Shown: positions 53,472-62,908 of the stretch, one piece after another
How positions within the stretch are numbered: position 1 is the first letter of the stretch
How the letters are laid out: every line of letters starts with the position of its first letter
Assembly (NCBI GenBank): GCA_963799925.1
Contig: CAWCYZ010000002.1
Span: 2,064,477-2,128,476 of the forward strand
DNA from: an uncultured Acidobacteriota bacterium
GTDB taxonomy: Bacteria > Acidobacteriota > Thermoanaerobaculia > Multivoradales > UBA5704
Direction: 5' to 3'
Length of the DNA: 64,000 bases
Position numbers and translations under genes: made by a program
The notes under the pieces: generated by a model
Seen by the model: only the letters and a program-made list of their open reading frames with translations
Told to the model about the DNA's origin: nothing
The model's database searches: none

Positions 53472-54657
53472 GGGCAGCCTCCTCCTCGGTGCGATAGGCG
53501 GCGAGCGAGCCCGGGAGCATCGTCGCCTCCCCGCCGGACGGCTCCCGGCGCGCGAAGAGAGCGCGCTGCCGCGCCAGCTCGCGGGCGAGGGGCGGGTGCG
53601 GCTCCCGCTCGCCGTTCTCGTCGGCGTAACCCCAGAGGCCGGTCGGGCAATGGCGCTCGTCGTCCCAGCCCGGGTAGTCGAGGATGGGGTAGAGGCAGAT
53701 GCCCTCGACCGGCACGCCCTGCTCCATCGCCGCCCGCACCTCGGCGCCGACGTAGGCGAGCCAGCCGGCCCGCGCGTCGCCCTCGTCGCCGGTCTCGGCG
53801 AGGAGGAGCGGGCGGCGGTAGCGCGCGTGGACCTCGGCCAGGAGCTCGCGGAGGGGGCGGTAGAGCGGCTCGCCCCGGCTCACTTTCGGACCGTCGAGGA
53901 CCCACTGGTTTCGCGGGTAGTAGTTGACGCCGACGAGATCGAGGAAGCGCTCGTCGCCGCCGAGCTGCGGCCAGAGCCGGCCGGCGAGCATCTCGAACGT
54001 CTCGTACTGCGCCAGGCGGTTCCCCTCGGCCGCGGCGCGCCGGCGCGGCCGGGCGGGGTCGGGCACGATGTGGATGAGCGGCTCGGCATGGAGGATGCGC
54101 GCCCGCGGCTCGACCTGCCACACGGCGTCGATCGCGGCGAGGGCGGCGCGCACGAGCTGCGTTTTGAGCTCCAGGCCGCGCCGCCGGGCGAAGGGGTTCA
54201 GGTAGCCCACCTCGCCGCCGCCCCAGGACCAGAAGGAGATCTCGTTGACCGGCGTGTAGATCGGCGGCTCGTCGGTCTCGGCGGCCACCAGCCGCGCCAC
54301 GGCATGGGCATAGTCGGCCAGGCGGTCGACGAACTCCGGTTTCCAGATATCGACGCCGTCCGGCCAGCCGTAGTGGCAGAGGTCCCAGATCACCTGGACG
54401 CCGGCGTCACGGGCGGCGCGGATACGGGGCAGAAGGGCGGAGAGGTCGAGCGTGCGGCCGCTCGCCGCGCGCGGCCAGCCGGTGCCGTCGCGGGCGGTGG
54501 CGATCCCCAGGCCGCGCAGGCGGCGGTAGTCGGCCGCGGCGAAGCGGTCGTGCCCGGTGCTGGCGACGAGGTCCAGCCTCCGGCCGTCGGCGAGCCGATG
54601 GCACGAGCTCTCGAAGCCGGCGATCCAGAAACTCTTGAGCAGAGCCACTCGCGTCAC
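53458..54657 (-). CDS. Beta-glucosidase-like glycoside hydrolase (TIM barrel)
   Basis: FWIAGFESS, WDLCHYG, PVNEISF, GVNYY, LAETG; RBS GGAGGAA before GTG 54657. Confidence 0.8.
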   Translation of the reverse strand: MTRVALLKSFWIAGFESSCHRLADGRRLDLVASTGHDRFAAADYRRLRGLGIATARDGTGWPRAASGRTLDLSALLPRIRAARDAGVQVIWDLCHYGWPDGVDIWKPEFVDRLADYAHAVARLVAAETDEPPIYTPVNEISFWSWGGGEVGYLNPFARRRGLELKTQLVRAALAAIDAVWQVEPRARILHAEPLIHIVPDPARPRRRAAAEGNRLAQYETFEMLAGRLWPQLGGDERFLDLVGVNYYPRNQWVLDGPKVSRGEPLYRPLRELLAEVHARYRRPLLLAETGDEGDARAGWLAYVGAEVRAAMEQGVPVEGICLYPILDYPGWDDERHCPTGLWGYADENGEREPHPPLARELARQRALFARREPSGGEATMLPGSLAAYRTEEEAALVAG

Positions 54658-54685
54658 CCCTTCCTCCGCATGCCCGGCAGGAGTC

Positions 54686-54701
54686 TGCAATAGTGGCGCC
54701 A
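54686..54701 (-). promoter_or_regulatory. Sigma-54 promoter for the glycosidase-GT-glf operon
   Basis: Minus strand TGGCGC-CACTA-TTGCA, near-consensus, about 30 bp upstream of the start codon. Confidence 0.7.
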
Positions 54702-55023
54702 CGTATTATGGAAGACTCGGGAGAAGCCGCCGAACGCTGGACGGCGAGCGCCGGGAAGCGAGAGCTAAACGCTTCCAGCCTCTCGATTTGCGGTGGAGAT
54801 CGCCGCGGCTGCCGGTGCCCCGCGCCGCTTGGGATCCAGCGTTCTCCCCGCGTCTTACGTCTCGTTAGGGATAATTTATGCCCGGCTCCGGGAATCGGGT
54901 ATCGGCGGCGTATCCAGAGCTTTTGTCACGCTTTAAAGGATAGCCTGGACTCCAAGTAGATAGAGGCAGGCGCCAACGTCCGTCTTGGCCGCGCAGACGT
55001 CCTGCCCGGGAGAGGATAGAACC

Positions 55024-55225
55024 ATGCCCCGCACCACGTTCCGCCGCGTCACCGCCGCTGCCCTGCTCACGCTCGCTCTCGCCACCTCGGCCGCCGCCGT
55101 TCCGCTCGGCGCTGGGCGTGAGCGCACGCCCAGCTCGCCAGCCGGCGAGCTTCTGGACGGTGTTTCTCCACCTGATCGGCGCCTCGGGAGGAACTTTCGA
55201 CCCGAACGGCTGGAAATTGAGGTAA
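55024..55225 (+). CDS. Small secreted peptide with C-terminal DPNG motif (one +1 frameshift between about 55100 and 55142)
   Basis: RBS GAGAGG, ATG 55024, signal peptide MPRTTFRRVTAAALLTLALATSAAA; the +1 frame reads PASFWTVFLHLIGASGGTFDPNGWKLR* (TAA 55223-55225); terminator follows. Confidence 0.65.
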
Positions 55226-55272
55226 CCCGCGGGCGGGTCCCCCTCTCGTCCTCTCGCAGACCTCGAAGGAGA

Positions 55273-55308
55273 ACACCAGCTCTTTTCGGGGCTGGTGTCC
55301 CTTTTCTT
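55273..55308 (+). terminator. Rho-independent terminator after the DPNG peptide gene
   Basis: Stem ACACCAGCTC/GGGCTGGTGT followed by CCCTTTTCTT. Confidence 0.7.
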
Positions 55309-55410
55309 GCAGTTTCGGCAACTGTATTCAGTGGAGGCCTGTTCCGCCTCCTATCGGTTGCCTCGCGCCCGGCCTGGAGCGGGCGCGTGATTTGGAGTGA
55401 GGAGGAGAGG

Positions 55411-56769
55411 ATGAGCTACCACCCCGGCCGTCAGGCCCTCGAGAGGTTCGCGCGCGGCGAGGTCTTCCGTCACGAGGCGAAGAGGATCGTCGAGCACCTG
55501 CGTTCCGGGTGCCGGACCTGCCAGCGCCAGCTCGACGGCCTGCTGCCCCTGGCGGATGAGCCTGGGCTCGATCGCCCCGCGTCGGGCCTGCCGGGGATCG
55601 GGGAGGTGGGCGGCTCATGGCCGCGCCTGGACCTCCAGCGCCTCAAGAGTCAGCTGGCGCGGATCCAGGCCGAGCGCCGGGAGGCCCCGGCGCTGGTCGA
55701 CGGCCTGCTCGCCCTGTCGGCGAGCGAGCGCCAGGCGGTCCTCCGCACGGACCGGCGATACTGGACCCTCGCCGTCTGCGACGGGCTGATCGACTGCAGC
55801 TTTCGAGCTGGGTTCGATGATCCCGCGCCGGCCGTCGCGCTCGCCGAGCTGGCGATCGAGCTCGCCGAACGGGTCGATGCGGCGACGTACGGCCGCTCGG
55901 TGGTCTGCGATCTCAAGGGGCGCGCCTGGAGCTTCCTGGGCAATGCCCGCCGGGTGAGCTCCGACCGGCGCGGCGCGGAGGAGGCGCTCCGCGTCGCCCA
56001 GAGCCTGCTCGACGAGGGCTCCGCCGATCCCCTCGAGCAGGCGCGGATCCTCGACTTCAAGGCCTCGCTCGCCGCCGACCGCGGCCACTTCGACGAGGCG
56101 GTCGAGCTCCTCGACATGGTCATCGACATCTACGGCGAGATCAACGAGCCGCATCGCATGGGGCGGGCGCTGCTGAGCAAGGGGGTCGTCGTCGGGCACC
56201 AGGGCGATCCGGCGGCGGCGGCCGATCTCATCGAGAGGAGCCTGGCTCGCCTCGACCGGGATGGCGAGCCGCGGCTGCTCCTCTGGGCGAACCACAACCT
56301 CGCCTGGTTCATCGACGACGCCGGGCGTCACGCCGAGGCGCTGGCGCAGCTCGAGAGCTTCGCCCACCTCTACGACGAGTTCCCCGACGCTGCGGCGCAT
56401 GCTCGCCGGCTCTGGCTCGTGGGGCGCATCGCGGCCGGCCTGGAGCGATTCGAAGAGGCCGAGGCGGCGCTGCGCGAGGTCCAGCGGTGGTTCATGGCCG
56501 AGGGGGATTCCTACGACGCCGCGGTGGTGACGATGGACCTGGCGGCGCTGCTGCTGCACCTCGGCAGAAACCCCGAGGTCGCGGTCCTCGCCGCCGAGAC
56601 GTTCCCCATCCTGGTGGCGCAGGAGGTCCAGCACCACGCGCTGGCCGCCCTGGTCGCCTTCACCCACGCCGTCGAGACGGATTGCGCGACGCCGAGGCTG
56701 GCGCGGGACATCGCCAATTTCCTCCTGCGGGCGAGCCACAACCCCCGCCTGCAGTTCCAGGCTCACTGA
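55411..56769 (+). CDS. TPR-repeat protein with an N-terminal zinc-finger-like (H-x4-C-x2-C) motif
   Basis: Strong RBS GAGGAGAGG before ATG 55411; MSYHP...HLRSGCRTC; TPR-like helices (AWSFLGNARR, GHFDEAVELLD, ANHNLAWF, ERFEEAEAALRE). Confidence 0.8.
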   Translation: MSYHPGRQALERFARGEVFRHEAKRIVEHLRSGCRTCQRQLDGLLPLADEPGLDRPASGLPGIGEVGGSWPRLDLQRLKSQLARIQAERREAPALVDGLLALSASERQAVLRTDRRYWTLAVCDGLIDCSFRAGFDDPAPAVALAELAIELAERVDAATYGRSVVCDLKGRAWSFLGNARRVSSDRRGAEEALRVAQSLLDEGSADPLEQARILDFKASLAADRGHFDEAVELLDMVIDIYGEINEPHRMGRALLSKGVVVGHQGDPAAAADLIERSLARLDRDGEPRLLLWANHNLAWFIDDAGRHAEALAQLESFAHLYDEFPDAAAHARRLWLVGRIAAGLERFEEAEAALREVQRWFMAEGDSYDAAVVTMDLAALLLHLGRNPEVAVLAAETFPILVAQEVQHHALAALVAFTHAVETDCATPRLARDIANFLLRASHNPRLQFQAH

Positions 56770-56860
56770 GCCGCCGGTCTCGCGCCTGGACGCCGTTGCC
56801 GCTATCCTTGGCGGCGCCGCGGCGATCTGGGCCCTCGTTCTCGGCCGGCCGCCCCACCTC

Positions 56861-57685
56861 ATGCGTCCGATCCGCTTCCTCAAGTACTACGACAAGGGCT
56901 CGACGGTCATGGGCGCCGACCAGGTGAGCGCCGGCCTCGTCGGGCGCGGCGTCGACTCGGCGACGATCTATCCCCGCGATCTGGCGCGGTTGCGGGGAGC
57001 GATCGTCGTCGCCATCAAGACCTCCCGCTGGTGGGACCTGCTGCGCGCGCGGCGGCAGGGGAACCGGACCGTCCTCGACGTCCAGGACACTGTCGTGTTC
57101 AAGCGGAAGATCAAGAACCTCAGTCTCTTCGACGGCCTGATCTTCAAGAACGAGCGGCAGCTCGCCGACTTCGGGCGGCCGGCCCTCGCCGGCGGTCGCG
57201 ACGGCGTGATCTATCACCAGTGGGACCCGCGCTACCGCCCGACCGCCGCCGCCGGCCGGCCGTTCGCCATCGCCTACCTGGGCGACCGCCGCTCGTTCGC
57301 CCTCTGCGACCAGATCCCCGGCGTCGTCTGCTGCTCGAGCGACTACTTCCGCCGCGCCCTCGAGTTCAACTGCCATCTGTCGATCCGCGGCGACGAGCGC
57401 GAGGTGCTCTACAAACCGAACTGCAAGATCTCGACGGCCGCCGCCTGCGAGGTCAACCTGGTGACGACCCGCGACGCGAGCGCCGTCGAGCTGCTGGGGG
57501 AGGACTATCCCTACTACACGGCGGCCGACCTGCCGAGCATCCTGGCGACCATCGAGCGGGCGCGCCGCGACTTCCACGGCGCGACCTGGGAGCGGGGGCT
57601 CGCGGCGATGCGGCGGGTGCGCGAGCGGACCGGCATGGACCGCATCCTCGACGACTATCTCGCCTATTTCGAGCGATTCGACTGA
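56861..57685 (+). CDS. Hypothetical protein, possibly glycosyltransferase-like
   Basis: High-GC3 ORF; KPNCKISTAAAC...ELLGEDYPYY resembles a GT-B C-terminal motif. Confidence 0.55.
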   Translation: MRPIRFLKYYDKGSTVMGADQVSAGLVGRGVDSATIYPRDLARLRGAIVVAIKTSRWWDLLRARRQGNRTVLDVQDTVVFKRKIKNLSLFDGLIFKNERQLADFGRPALAGGRDGVIYHQWDPRYRPTAAAGRPFAIAYLGDRRSFALCDQIPGVVCCSSDYFRRALEFNCHLSIRGDEREVLYKPNCKISTAAACEVNLVTTRDASAVELLGEDYPYYTAADLPSILATIERARRDFHGATWERGLAAMRRVRERTGMDRILDDYLAYFERFD

Positions 57686-57705
57686 AACCAAGGAGGGGCG
57701 ACCCG

Positions 57706-58134
57706 ATGAGCGTGGAGATCACCGGCAGGTACACCGGCAGACTGGGAACGGAGCTGCGCCATGGCCCCTCGGGGACGCTGCTGCGCACCGCGGCGCCCCT
57801 CGACAACCAGGGAGACGGCAGCTCGTTCTCGCCCACCGACCTGGTGGCGGCGGCCTTCGCCTCCTGCATCGTCACCACCATGGCGATCGTCGCCGAGCGC
57901 GAGGGGATCGCCTTCGAGGACGTCACCTTCCGGGTGGAGAAGCACATGATCGCCCAGCCGCGGCGGATCGGAGCGCTGCCGGTCGTCATCCACATGCCGG
58001 CCGGGCTCACCCCCGAGCAGCGCCAGAAGCTCGAGCGCACCGCCCACGCCTGCCCCGTCCACAAGAGCCTGCTCGAGAACCTCGACAAGACGGTGACCTT
58101 CGTCTATCCGGCGTCCGCCGCTCCGGAAGGATGA
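57706..58134 (+). CDS. OsmC family protein
   Basis: APLDNQGDGSSFSPTDLVAAAFASC...CPVHKSL; RBS AGGAGG. Confidence 0.9.
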   Translation: MSVEITGRYTGRLGTELRHGPSGTLLRTAAPLDNQGDGSSFSPTDLVAAAFASCIVTTMAIVAEREGIAFEDVTFRVEKHMIAQPRRIGALPVVIHMPAGLTPEQRQKLERTAHACPVHKSLLENLDKTVTFVYPASAAPEG

Positions 58135-58194
58135 GCGGGTAGGCAACGTTGCCACCGACCTGTGGTGGCGGGGTTCTGGGTGGGCGGAGCTTCG

Positions 58195-59108
58195 CTAGAG
58201 GCCGGCGGCGGCGCGGAGCAGCTCGGGGAGGTGCTTCTCGATCCAGCGCTCGGCGCGGTCGAGGAGGGGATAGAGCCGCTCGTTGCGGCGGAACTCCGGC
58301 GTATGCACGTAGCGCCGCCCGTTGCGCACGACCGGCGGCAGCGCGGCGTGGAGGAGCTCGTGGTAGACGACCGCCTCCACCACGTACTGCGGCACCCGCC
58401 CGTGGTCGAGGGCGCGGTGGACGCGGATCAGGTTGTCCTCGTAGGAGTAGCTCCCGAGCTGGATGGTCGATTTCCGCGCCCGCCGCCCGCGGCAGCGGTG
58501 GCTGACCGTCCCCCCCGCCTTGCCCCAGGTGATGTCCACCTTGAGCCGGCCGGCGAAGAAATCGCGGTTGAGCTGGTCGCGCAGCACGCGCAGATCGAGG
58601 GTTTCCCCGAGCGGATCGAGGGGCGGCCGGAGGTGCGGCTGGACCGGCGCCGCGACCCGCTGGCGGGTGAAGTGCTCGCGGATGACGGCGAGCGCCTCGC
58701 GGGCGCGGTCGCTCCCCTTGCGGCTCTCGACGAACTCCGCCACCGCGCGCAGCACCGGCTCGGGGGCTTCGGCGAAGGAGCGGTGGATGCGCAGCGCGAT
58801 CGGCTCGCCCGGACGCGCATTCTTGACCGTCAGGATGGTCCGGCGGTTGTCGGTCAGGGTGAGCGAGGACAGCCTGCCCTTGGTGAGGCGGGAGAGGCGC
58901 CGCAGGAGCTCGGCCTGCGGGTTCCGCGCCGGACCCTCGCGCCGCGGCAGGGGCGGCGGCGGCGGGCGGGCCGCTCGTGCGCCGGCGCCGGCCGCGGGCC
59001 GAAGAGGTCGAGCTGGACGGGGAAGCGGGGGTCGCGCGCCCCCGCGCCCCGCGGGCGGCGGAGGGCGCGGCGGGGGTCGCGCGGCAGCGCCTGGGTCGAC
59101 GTCCTCAC
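58195..59108 (-). CDS. SprT-like/YgjP (DUF45) zinc metalloprotease with N-terminal QLDLF motif (frame change near 58965)
   Basis: LNRDFF, LGSY, VVYHELLH, HTPEFR; N-terminal frame from GTG 59108 contains QLDLF at 59001-59015. Confidence 0.75.
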
Positions 59109-59447
59109 CCGGCCTCCGGCGATGGGAAGGGGGGCGAGGGACGGTCCGCGAGCGAGCGGAATTCCGGCAAAAGGTACCTCCGCGGGGATGGTTCCGTGGG
59201 GCGCGAGCGCGTCGGCCTGCGCCTGCCCGGCCCGTGATGGACTCTAGCACAGCGGCAGAGAGGCGCTGCACCCGGCCGCTCGGCCCGTCTGGTTTCCTCC
59301 CTTCTCGAAGTGGAGCCGACCCAGGCTCGACAGGACGTCGAGACAGGCTGGAGAGTGGTCAAGCTGGCTCCCGTCCCTCAATTTATGGAGTGGAGTGGAG
59401 ATTTCGCTGTTTTTCGTCTCCGAGGTGACAATCCGCGCAGGCTCGGC

Positions 59448-60401
59448 TCACGGCATCGGCCAGCGCTCGCCGATGGCGAGGGTATGGACCCGCTCGGGGT
59501 CCCCTCCCCCGGCGGCGACCTCGCGGGCGAGCACGCGGGGAGCCAGGTCGACCGGCTCGTCGGTGAGGTCGAAGACCCCCCAGTGCATCGGCAGCAGGTG
59601 GGCGGCCCCGAGGTCGCGGAAGGCACGGAGGGCCTCGGCGGGGTCCATGTGCTGGAGCCGCATGAACCAGCGCGGCTCGTAGGCGCCGATGGGCAGCAGG
59701 GCGACATCGATCGGGGCGAGCCGCCGCCCGATCTCGGCGAAGCCCGCGAAATAGCCGGAGTCGCCCCCGAAGTAGATCCGGCGGGAACCCGAGTCGAGGA
59801 GCCACGAGCACCAGAGGGTCGAGTTGCGGGCGGCGTCGAGCCGGTTCGACCAGTGCTGGGCGGGCAGGCAGGTCAGGGTCCAGCGCCCGTGGCGGACGCT
59901 CTGCCACCAGTCGACCTCGACGACCGGCCCCGCGTTGCGGCCGCGGAACCAGCGCCCGAGCCCCAGCGGCACGAACCAGGGGATCGCCGGCAGGTGGGCG
60001 ACCGTCCAGGAATCCAGGTGGTCGTAGTGGTTGTGCGAGAGGACGGCGAAGGCGTGGGGCGGCACGGCGGCGAGCGGCACCCCGGGCGGGCTCAGCCGCG
60101 GCGGCAGGAGGGCGCGGGCCCCCCAATGGGGGTCGGTCAAGAGGACGTCCGCGCCGTCCTGGAGGGCGAAGCTCGCGTGTCCCACCCAGGTGATCGAGGG
60201 CGGCTCGCCGGCGGCGGCGAGATAGCGGCCGTCGTTCGCGACCACCGGCACCCGCGGCGGCGGGTGGCGGCCGTACGGATTCCTGCCGAGCTTCCAGCGC
60301 AGGAGGTCGCCGAGCCCGCGCGTCTCCGGCGTCCACGGGTTGAAGAACCGCCCGCCCGCCTGGTGCGGGGCCCGGAGGAGGCCGGGATCGCCCAGGCTCA
60401 A
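59448..60401 (-). CDS. MBL-fold metallo-hydrolase (NAPE-PLD/RomA-like)
   Basis: WVGHAS, SHNHYDHLD, PAQHWS, GGDSGY, PIGAYEPRWFM, PMHWG; TTG start overlaps the upstream stop. Confidence 0.88.
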   Translation of the reverse strand: MSLGDPGLLRAPHQAGGRFFNPWTPETRGLGDLLRWKLGRNPYGRHPPPRVPVVANDGRYLAAAGEPPSITWVGHASFALQDGADVLLTDPHWGARALLPPRLSPPGVPLAAVPPHAFAVLSHNHYDHLDSWTVAHLPAIPWFVPLGLGRWFRGRNAGPVVEVDWWQSVRHGRWTLTCLPAQHWSNRLDAARNSTLWCSWLLDSGSRRIYFGGDSGYFAGFAEIGRRLAPIDVALLPIGAYEPRWFMRLQHMDPAEALRAFRDLGAAHLLPMHWGVFDLTDEPVDLAPRVLAREVAAGGGDPERVHTLAIGERWPMP

Positions 60402-60808
60402 CGCCTGCTCGCGGCGGGCTCGCCGCCCAGGAAGCCGCGGCGGATCGCCGCCATCCGCTCCCGGTTGACGCCGAAGTCCGAGCGGCCGAGGCGCGAGGCG
60501 GAGCGGAAGTGGAGCCGGCCCGCCGCGTCGTCGAAGGCGAACTCCAGGTCGTCGACGAAGCGGAAGACCGCCGAGCGGACCTCGGCGCGGAGGTAGCCGC
60601 CGCCCTCGAGGTCGTCCTCGACGATCCGCGTCCGCGGCAGCTCCCGGAGGAGCGCCCGGAGCCGGGCCCGCGCTGCCGCGGGGTCGCGGTAGGGGAACGG
60701 CTCCATCCGCTGGCCGGGCCGGCCGCCTTCGCCGCTCGCGACGCAGTTGGGGGTCCGCGGACAGGGCCGCAGGCGGGCGGCGGGGCTGGACGAGCGCGGT
60801 CTGGGCAC
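60398..60808 (-). CDS. DUF1499 domain protein
   Basis: PCPRTPNCVAS, FRFVDDLEF, RSASRLGRSDFGVNRERM. Confidence 0.88.
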   Translation of the reverse strand: MPRPRSSSPAARLRPCPRTPNCVASGEGGRPGQRMEPFPYRDPAAARARLRALLRELPRTRIVEDDLEGGGYLRAEVRSAVFRFVDDLEFAFDDAAGRLHFRSASRLGRSDFGVNRERMAAIRRGFLGGEPAASRR

Positions 60809-60968
60809 GTTCGGGGCTCCGGGGAAGCGGGACGCCGGCGCCGCCGGACGCGAGCGGGGGCCTCCCGGCGTGCTCTATTATGTACGGCGCCGCCGCGGGT
60901 CGAGCCCCGCACCCCGAATCCATCCCTGCACCCAGGAAGCCATTCGAGCGAAGCGAGGCGCGATCCCC

Positions 60969-62405
60969 ATGCTGATGCTGTCCGCCGACGACCGGCGCGC
61001 TCTGTGGCAGCGCCTGATCGAGGCCATCGAGGCCTACACCGAGGAGGTGGGGAGCGCGCGGGTGGCGCCGCGCCTCGATCCCGAGGAGATCCGCGGCCTT
61101 CTCGCCCGCTTCGACTTCGGCGCGCCGGTCGAGCCCAACGAAGCCCTCGACTTCGCCGTCGGCGGCCTCTGGCGCCACCAGGTCCATACCCCCCATCCGC
61201 GCTACTTCGGCCTCTTCAACCCGGCGCCCACCACCATGGGCATCGCCGCCGACGCCCTGGTCGCCGCCTTCAACCCCCAGCTCGCCGCCTGGAGCCACAG
61301 CCCGCTCGCCGCCGAGATCGAGCAGCACCTGGTGCGCGCCTTCGCCGAGCGCTTCGGCTACGATCGCGAGCGCGCCGAGGGGACCTTCACCTCGGGCGGC
61401 GCCGAGGCGAATCACACGGCGCTCCTGGCGGCGCTGCTGCGCGCCTTCCCGGAGGTCGGCCGCCGCGGCCTCCTCGCCCTGCGCAGCCAGCCCGTCCTCT
61501 ACGTCTCGTCCGAGGCTCACCACTCGTTCTGGAAGGCCGCCCGCCTCTGCGGGCTCGGCACCGAGGCGGTGCGCGAGATCCCGGTCGACGGCGAGCTGCG
61601 CATGGAGGTGGACGAGCTGCGCGCCGCGGTCGAGCGCGACCGGCGCGAGGGGTGCTCCCCTTTCATGGTCGTGGCGACCGCCGGCACCACCGCCGCCGGC
61701 ACCGTCGATCCCCTGCCAGCCATCGCCGACCTCGCCGACGAGGAGCGGCTCTGGTTCCACGTCGACGCCGCCTGGGGCGGGGCGGCGGCGCTCGACTCGG
61801 CGCTGCGGCCGATCCTCGCCGGCATCGAGCGCGCGGCGTCGATCACCTTCGACGCCCACAAGTGGCTGTCGGTGCCCATGGGGGCGGGGCTCTTCCTCAC
61901 CCGCCAGACGGGCGTCCTCGAGCGCACCTTCCGGGTGGCGGCCGGCTACATGCCGCGCGACGCCGGCGACCTCTCCGTCGCCGACCCCTACGCGCACTCG
62001 ATCCAGTGGTCGCGCCGCTTCATCGGGCTCAAGCTGTTCCTCTCGCTCGCCGTCGCCGGCTGGCGGGGGTACGAGGAGGCGATCCGCCATCAGACGGCGA
62101 TGGGGGAGCTCCTGCGCGAGCGCCTCCGGGCCGCCTCCTGGGAGCCGGTCAACCGGACCCCGCTGCCGGTCGTCTGCTTCGTCGACTCCACCCGCCCGGA
62201 CGGCGGCTCGGGCGCCTATCTCGACGCCGTCGCCGCCGACGTCGTCGGCTCGGGAGATGCCTGGATCAGCACCGTCCGCCTGGGGGAGGCCCGCCCGGCG
62301 CTCCGCGCCTGCATCACCAACGTCCGCACCGGCCCCGCCGACCTCGACGCCCTGGTGACGGCCCTCGGGGCGGCGCGGCGGCGGACGGCCGTGGCCGTCG
62401 GTTGA
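60969..62405 (+). CDS. Group II PLP-dependent amino acid decarboxylase
   Basis: HPRYFG, TSGGAEAN, TAGTT, HVDAAWG, DAHKW (PLP Lys), QWSRR. Confidence 0.9.
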   Translation: MLMLSADDRRALWQRLIEAIEAYTEEVGSARVAPRLDPEEIRGLLARFDFGAPVEPNEALDFAVGGLWRHQVHTPHPRYFGLFNPAPTTMGIAADALVAAFNPQLAAWSHSPLAAEIEQHLVRAFAERFGYDRERAEGTFTSGGAEANHTALLAALLRAFPEVGRRGLLALRSQPVLYVSSEAHHSFWKAARLCGLGTEAVREIPVDGELRMEVDELRAAVERDRREGCSPFMVVATAGTTAAGTVDPLPAIADLADEERLWFHVDAAWGGAAALDSALRPILAGIERAASITFDAHKWLSVPMGAGLFLTRQTGVLERTFRVAAGYMPRDAGDLSVADPYAHSIQWSRRFIGLKLFLSLAVAGWRGYEEAIRHQTAMGELLRERLRAASWEPVNRTPLPVVCFVDSTRPDGGSGAYLDAVAADVVGSGDAWISTVRLGEARPALRACITNVRTGPADLDALVTALGAARRRTAVAVG

Positions 62406-62609
62406 GCGGTCGCGAAATCGCTACGGTGAAGACGGCATCTGATACTCTCGGCCGGCGCGCCGTGCCGGGTGCGTCGCTGTCACGCCCCGACCGGGCGCGG
62501 CACTCTACTAGTGAAGCCGGCGGTCGCGGGGCTAGAATGTCCTGGCGGGTTCGGCGAGACCCCAGGGGCGGCGCGGTCCGCCGCCCGCAACACCCGTAAG
62601 GAGAACGAC

Positions 62610-62855
62610 ATGAGCTGGGAAGAGAGAGAAGACACCACGATCTACAAGGTCGTCGTGAACCACGAGGAGCAGTATTCGATCTGGCCGGCCCACCGCGAGA
62701 ACCCGCTGGGCTGGAACGACGTCGGCAAGAGCGGCCCCAAGGACGAGTGCCTGGCCCACATCAAGGAAGTGTGGACCGACATGCGCCCGCTCTCCCTGCG
62801 CAAGAAGATGGAAGAGATGGAGAAGAACAAGCAGGCGGACCAGTCGGCCAACTGA
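62610..62855 (+). CDS. MbtH-like protein
   Basis: [13 protein letters not shown]...PLGW...[17 protein letters not shown]. Confidence 0.96.
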   Translation: MSWEEREDTTIYKVVVNHEEQYSIWPAHRENPLGWNDVGKSGPKDECLAHIKEVWTDMRPLSLRKKMEEMEKNKQADQSAN

Positions 62856-62908
62856 CGGCGCCGGCCGGCCACGGCCGGCACCATCCATAGAGCGGAATCG
62901 ATCCGAGC

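Noticed and set aside
54985-56769. Single 594-aa secreted TPR protein as given by the ORF track
   Set aside because: An internal terminator, atypical codons in 55150-55400 and a strong RBS at 55400-55410 indicate two separate genes.
59448-60808. DUF1499-MBL hydrolase fusion broken by a frameshift
   Set aside because: The TTGA stop/start overlap at 60398-60401 is explained by two translationally coupled genes.
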